A stretch of DNA of 50,808 nt from a virus. Location of the stretch: UHGV virus genome UHGV-1367122; one strand, written 5' to 3'. Shown piece after piece: positions 46,916 to 50,808 of this stretch. The notes beneath the pieces were generated by a model. It made no database searches and was not told the origin of the DNA. It saw only the letters and a program-made list of their open reading frames with translations. The position numbers were made by a program, and so were the translations under genes. Within the stretch, counting starts at the first letter, position 1. Each line of letters starts with the position of its first letter.

Positions 46916-47695
46916 CTATTTTACGTTAGGCACCTTGTCGTATGCGCGGGCCTGCCCACACACACAGGCCTGGCCGCTCACGATAGCTCCGCCATGCACG
47001 CGAGCCTCGTCGTACACGCGAGCCTCGTCGTACACGCGAGCCATGTCGTACACCAAAGCTTCGCCATACACCAAAGCCCTACCGTACACCCAAGCCCTGT
47101 CGTACACACGGGCCTGACCATACACACAGGCCTGGCCGCGCACTACAGCCTTGCTGTACACATAGGCATGGCCGTATACGCTAGCCGTGTCGTGCACACA
47201 GGCCCAGCCGTACACGTTAGCCTCGCCGTACACGCGGGCACAGCCATACACCCAGGCCCCACCGTACACACGGGCCTGACCGTACACGCGAGCCTCTTCG
47301 TACACATAGGCTTCATCATACACACTGGCCTCACCATACACCCAAGCCCCGCCATACACGACGGCCCGGCCATACACAATAGCTTTGTCGCACACGATGG
47401 CCTCGCCATACACGCGAGCCCGGTCACACACAGCGGCCTCACTATGTATGTGGGCGTCGCCGCACACACAGGCCTGACCGCGTACGATAGCCTGACCGTA
47501 CACACGGGCCTTACCGTACACACGGGCCTTACCGTATACCCAGGCCGTGCCATCGTGCGATAGGTTTTCTTCGCTTTCGATAAAGCCGCCTTTGTCGCCT
47601 TTTATAACGTCGCCGAAATCCCGTAAAGCCTCTATCCTGTAGAGGGTGTGGCCGCCAATAGTAATTGATTCCTGAGTGAGTTTGTACTTTTTCAT
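46916..47695 (-). CDS. Hexapeptide-repeat (xVYGEA) protein, paralogue B: same N-terminal domain + ~35 repeats
   Basis: Nearly identical N-terminus; conserved upstream context TAAAACTTACGAAAATG. Confidence 0.7.
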   Translation of the reverse strand: MKKYKLTQESITIGGHTLYRIEALRDFGDVIKGDKGGFIESEENLSHDGTAWVYGKARVYGKARVYGQAIVRGQACVCGDAHIHSEAAVCDRARVYGEAIVCDKAIVYGRAVVYGGAWVYGEASVYDEAYVYEEARVYGQARVYGGAWVYGCARVYGEANVYGWACVHDTASVYGHAYVYSKAVVRGQACVYGQARVYDRAWVYGRALVYGEALVYDMARVYDEARVYDEARVHGGAIVSGQACVCGQARAYDKVPNVK

Positions 47696-47779
47696 TTTCG
47701 TAAGTTTTAGTATTGTATATTTTGCATCGTGCCGCCGTAGGTGTCGCTCCTAAGCCGTTTCTTTCCGCGGCGGCTAGAG

Positions 47780-47968
47780 TTACGCGTTTTCCTGAGGAGT
47801 GCCGTCCCATTCCGCTTGTTGCTCTAGCACAATATACCGTGCTTTCTTCACCCGGCACATAAGTGCAGCATAGCACTCCGCGTCCTTTAGGTTTTCAAAG
47901 CGCTCCATAATAGCGGGACTAAAAGTAGAGCTGTAGGCTTTAGCTACGTAAAAAATTTTTGTTTCCAT
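47780..47968 (-). CDS. Small hypothetical protein (62 aa)
   Basis: ORF track. Confidence 0.35.
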   Translation of the reverse strand: METKIFYVAKAYSSTFSPAIMERFENLKDAECYAALMCRVKKARYIVLEQQAEWDGTPQENA

Positions 47969-48007
47969 TTTACTATAATTTAAGTTATTAATACATTTAG
48001 AGTTTTA

Positions 48008-48253
48008 TCAAAGGTACGTTGTAAATCGGTTTGCCATGCGCAGCGCGGTGTCTTTAGATAGTAAATCAAAGCAACCCGTCCACTCCTCTTTGCGGATTAG
48101 TTTGCCGTCAACAAACTCCCACATATCTATGGTATCGCGGATAAATAAATAGCTGTGTTTACTAATACGCACCTTTACGCCGTTATCGCCTGTCACAACA
48201 AAACAAGGCCGCGGCTTGCCGTCAACATAAAATTTTGTTTTTCTCACTTCCAT
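48008..48253 (-). CDS. Small hypothetical protein (81 aa)
   Basis: ORF track. Confidence 0.4.
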   Translation of the reverse strand: MEVRKTKFYVDGKPRPCFVVTGDNGVKVRISKHSYLFIRDTIDMWEFVDGKLIRKEEWTGCFDLLSKDTALRMANRFTTYL

Positions 48254-48272
48254 TTTACTATAAATTTTAGAA

Positions 48273-48506
48273 TTATTTCACGCCCATTTTTCGCGCGTAC
48301 TCATCTATTTGCTCGCGCGTAAGCCACTCCGGCTTTACGGGCAACAAATCATAAAGCTCACGCATTTTATCGATTTGTTTTTGCTCGTCGCGGGCCCAAA
48401 GGCAGTGCACCGCAGTTGGGTGCCCGTGTTGGGCAAGGTAGTACTCGCAGTCGCAGCGAAGGCGGTCCAATAGCATGTAGTTAAATTTATTTTGGTCCAT
48501 AATCAT
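48273..48506 (-). CDS. Small hypothetical protein (77 aa)
   Basis: ORF track. Confidence 0.4.
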   Translation of the reverse strand: MIMDQNKFNYMLLDRLRCDCEYYLAQHGHPTAVHCLWARDEQKQIDKMRELYDLLPVKPEWLTREQIDEYARKMGVK

Positions 48507-48750
48507 TACGCATAAAGTTGGTTAAATAAAGCCTTTTGCCAAACATTGTTATATAGGGGAGCGCATTTCTTGTGGTGTAACGTATTTCTTGCCACCGGCC
48601 GCGGATTATTTCCGTGCCACGTGAGGACCAATGTATTGTAGACCTGTAGCGCGCCGCGTCTCCTTGCCGGTTGATTTGGATTTCCAGCTTCTCGGCTATG
48701 CCATTTATTAAATAGCCGTGAGATATAAATTCGTTCCTATTGTTTTCCAT
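48487..48750 (-). CDS. Small hypothetical protein (87 aa), first gene downstream of 75-bp element copy 2
   Basis: ORF track; element 13 bp upstream. Confidence 0.45.
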   Translation of the reverse strand: MENNRNEFISHGYLINGIAEKLEIQINRQGDAARYRSTIHWSSRGTEIIRGRWQEIRYTTRNALPYITMFGKRLYLTNFMRNDYGPK

Positions 48751-48762
48751 AATGCTTTACTA

Positions 48763-48836
48763 TTTATTATTATACCTCAAAGGTAGCGCTTTATTTTTAA
48801 CTACGGAAATTTTTTATACTAACGAAGTCTAATTTT
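48763..48836 (-). promoter_or_regulatory. Copy 2 of the conserved ~75-bp leftward promoter-like element
   Basis: Nearly identical to 50541-50615 and 471-544. Confidence 0.55.
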
Positions 48837-48879
48837 TAGGCTATTAAGTAACTATTTCCCAGCGTTTCACTTTATTAAT

Positions 48880-49293
48880 TTACCCGACGATAGAAATTTT
48901 GCCTCCGTCGTTGTAGTACTTCATGCCCAGCACGCTGTACACCGGTGTGAAAATGGGGTAACCATGTCTACCTAAGTTGTAAAAGCCGCAAAATGTAAAG
49001 TCTTCGGGCGCTGTGTCGCGAATTATTTCTAACTCGCGATAATCCAGCGGCTGCCCTTTTCGCGGCTCGCCGTTGCCCTTAATAAGGCTCCGCAGCCATT
49101 GCAGTCCCTTCGCGCCTTGCTCTGGCGTTACGGGTATGCCATAGCCATCATTAATCCTATCTAAAAGGTTGTAGTCGAACACGTCGTGCCCCTCGTTATT
49201 GGAGCGGTTTTTAAGTAAGCGTATTTCTTGCTCTTTAATGTCGCCATTGTTGCGCACATTCTCAAAAATTTCTTCGTTTGTTGTCTTTTTCAT
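48880..49293 (-). CDS. Hypothetical protein (137 aa)
   Basis: ORF track; shares upstream context TAAAACTTACTAAAATG. Confidence 0.45.
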   Translation of the reverse strand: MKKTTNEEIFENVRNNGDIKEQEIRLLKNRSNNEGHDVFDYNLLDRINDGYGIPVTPEQGAKGLQWLRSLIKGNGEPRKGQPLDYRELEIIRDTAPEDFTFCGFYNLGRHGYPIFTPVYSVLGMKYYNDGGKISIVG

Positions 49294-49336
49294 TTTAGTA
49301 AGTTTTAAGGATTAGTATTATAGCTGGGTCTACTAC

Positions 49337-50050
49337 TTAATAAGCCTCATACATTTCGCTTTCGCCGCGCACGATGGCCCGGCCACGCACTTTAGCCCGG
49401 CCGTACGCACGGGCTTTGTCGCATATAACGGCCTGGCCGTACACCTCGGCACAGTTGTACACGCGGGCTTCGCCATATACGCAGGCGTAGCCGTACACCT
49501 CGGCCTCGCCGTACACCTCGGCCTCGCCGCACACGCGGGCATGCCCTTCTACCTCGGCATAGCCGCACACGCAAGCTTTATCATATATGTACGCCTCGCC
49601 GTACACGCGGGCCCTATCGTATATCGACGCATTGTCGTTTGCGCCGGCCTTACCGTACACGCGGGCCCTATCGTATACACGAGCCTGACCTTCTACATCG
49701 GCATAGTCGTATACGCGGGCCCAATCATATACACGAGCCTTGTAGTACACCTCGGCCTCGCCGTACACGCGCGCATAGTCGTATACGCGGGCCTCGCCGT
49801 ACACCTTAGCATTGCCATATACGCAGGCCTCGCCATACACATGGGCCTCGCCATACACATGGGCCTCGCCATATACGCGAGCCTCATCGGCAACCCAGCA
49901 CGTGCCGTCGTGCGATAGGTTTTTTTCGCTTTCGATAAAGCCGCCTTTATCGCCTTTTTTCACGTCGCCAAAGTCCCGTATGGCCTCTATCCGATAGAGG
50001 TTGCAGCCGTCAATAGCAATTGATTCCTGAGTGAGTTTGTACTTTTTCAT
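49337..50050 (-). CDS. Hexapeptide-repeat (xVYGEA) protein, paralogue C (~31 repeats); start moved to the conserved MKKYKL
   Basis: The ORF-track N-terminal extension (to 50164) covers the conserved upstream motif TAAAACTTACGAAAATG, so the internal ATG at 50050 is preferred. Confidence 0.65.
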   Translation of the reverse strand: MKKYKLTQESIAIDGCNLYRIEAIRDFGDVKKGDKGGFIESEKNLSHDGTCWVADEARVYGEAHVYGEAHVYGEACVYGNAKVYGEARVYDYARVYGEAEVYYKARVYDWARVYDYADVEGQARVYDRARVYGKAGANDNASIYDRARVYGEAYIYDKACVCGYAEVEGHARVCGEAEVYGEAEVYGYACVYGEARVYNCAEVYGQAVICDKARAYGRAKVRGRAIVRGESEMYEAY

Positions 50051-50136
50051 TTTCGTAAGTTTTAGGTTACTATGGCGCCCAGTAGGAGAATCGAACTCCC
50101 GCGCAGCCTCCCAGGCCTGGGCTATGGTGGCTCGTA

Positions 50137-50520
50137 TTATTCCGGTATTACTACTATTGTCCATTCGAAGCCAGTCGCTCTTTCTAGGCGCTCCCGCTCG
50201 TACTCAGCCGCGCGCGGGCTACCGCAGATAGTTGGGCAATAGTCTTTGCGGCATCTCTTGGGCTGCACCATCCACTTTCTGAGGTCCGTGCTTTTCTGCA
50301 GCATCCGGTGGATATGCTCCGCCCAGAAGCTTCGGGCCGCACAGTCGTCAGCGCTCTTGCCGGTGCTTTGTAAAACGGCATCCTCTTGGTCTGTGCTGTC
50401 AATTTCGGCGCGGTCGCCATATCGGCCATAAGTTACACGGCAACCTAGCTCCGCCGCTTTGTCAATTAAGGCCTGCCATTGCTTGTTGGCGTATTCGTTT
50501 CGGTAGTACGTTTTAACCAT
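50137..50520 (-). CDS. Hypothetical protein (127 aa), first gene downstream of 75-bp element copy 3
   Basis: ORF track. Confidence 0.5.
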   Translation of the reverse strand: MVKTYYRNEYANKQWQALIDKAAELGCRVTYGRYGDRAEIDSTDQEDAVLQSTGKSADDCAARSFWAEHIHRMLQKSTDLRKWMVQPKRCRKDYCPTICGSPRAAEYERERLERATGFEWTIVVIPE

Positions 50521-50540
50521 TTTGCTTAAGGATTATTATT

Positions 50541-50615
50541 CTTTATTATTATACCGTGAAGATAGCGCTTTATTTTTAACTACGGAAATTTTTTATACTA
50601 ACGAAGTCTAAAATT
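50541..50615 (-). promoter_or_regulatory. Copy 3 of the conserved ~75-bp leftward promoter-like element
   Basis: TTCTTTATTATTATACCGTGAAGATAGCGCTTTATTTTTAACTACGGAAATTTTTTATACTAACGAAGTCTAAAA; minus-strand reading gives GGTATAATAATAAAG about 30 nt before the ATG. Confidence 0.55.
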
Positions 50616-50756
50616 TTTAAGTAATCCGCATTTTTTCCTGGGGGGGCTAGCGTCTAAAAAATGTTAAATATCGTTAGGGCTTTGGCAATTTTAGCACTTT
50701 TCCCACGGGGCATTAAGCTGCGAAGGAGCCAGCATTATAAAGACCAAAGGGGGCTA

Positions 50757-50808
50757 GTGCTAAGAGCCTATGGGGCTTATGCGGCTAAGAGCCTATGGGG
50801 CTTATGCG
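50757..50808. repeat. Two further copies of the same 25-bp tandem repeat, truncated by the window end
   Basis: Exact match to the unit at 1-75; implies a circular permutation or terminal redundancy junction. Confidence 0.9.

Noticed and set aside
46415-47563. Long plus-strand ORFs (46415-46762, 46875-47117, 46913-47563) and extra minus-frame ORFs (46591-46788, 47143-47553) overlapping the hexapeptide-repeat genes
   Set aside because: These are alternative frames of the 18-bp tandem DNA repeat, which lacks stop codons in all frames. They have no independent start context, unlike the minus-frame genes that carry the conserved TAAAACTTAC(G/T)AAAATG start.
49392-49997. ORFs 49392-49574(-), 49541-49918(+), 49693-49893(-), 49812-49997(+) inside paralogue C
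   Set aside because: Same low-complexity, repeat-driven open frames; not independent genes.
50050-50164. N-terminal extension of paralogue C (ORF-track start at 50164)
   Set aside because: The extension overlaps the conserved pre-ATG motif shared by the paralogues and would begin inside the intergenic gap after gene 50137-50520. The internal MKKYKL start at 50050 is preferred, though unproven.

Overview
This window looks like a complete, circularly closed (or terminally redundant) genome of an AT-rich tailed dsDNA phage of about 50.8 kb. Genes lack Shine-Dalgarno sequences, and two module-leading promoters match the Bacteroidota -7 consensus TAnnTTTG. The same 25-bp tandem repeat (GCTAAGAGCCTATGGGGCTTATGCG) lies at both window edges, so a single repeat array appears to have been split by linearisation. 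The rightward arm (1241-44952, + strand) carries, in order: a GIY-YIG/NUMOD-like endonuclease, terminase small and large subunits, portal, scaffold, major capsid protein, a 1427-aa tape measure protein, and tail and baseplate proteins. Next come two tail fibres with a shared N-terminal anchor, one carrying an SGNH esterase domain, then a GT2 glycosyltransferase, two Cys-rich proteins with GC-rich codon usage, and a lysis cassette (holin, PGRP-type amidase, spanin-like protein). The arm ends with a replication and nucleotide module: a Cas4-like DUF2800 nuclease, a DUF2815 ssDNA-binding protein, a tRNA-like element, ThyA, a family-A DNA polymerase, a primase-helicase, a VRR-NUC nuclease, an SNF2 helicase and dUTPase, followed by an OmpR-type response regulator. 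The leftward arm (50520 down to 45051, plus 403-86 across the junction, - strand) encodes small early-type proteins. It also holds three paralogues of a new-looking protein family made of a conserved N-terminal domain followed by 18 to about 35 hexapeptide repeats (xVYGEA). A strong bidirectional terminator (45003-45033) separates the two arms. No integrase or repressor was seen, so the phage is probably virulent. The noncoding DNA is unusually structured. Two regions share the same iteron and inverted-repeat architecture, each placed ahead of a conserved promoter. A 75-bp element heads three leftward transcription units. An ATTCTCGC motif recurs in most intergenic regions. All functional calls come from motif recognition by eye; no database search was run.
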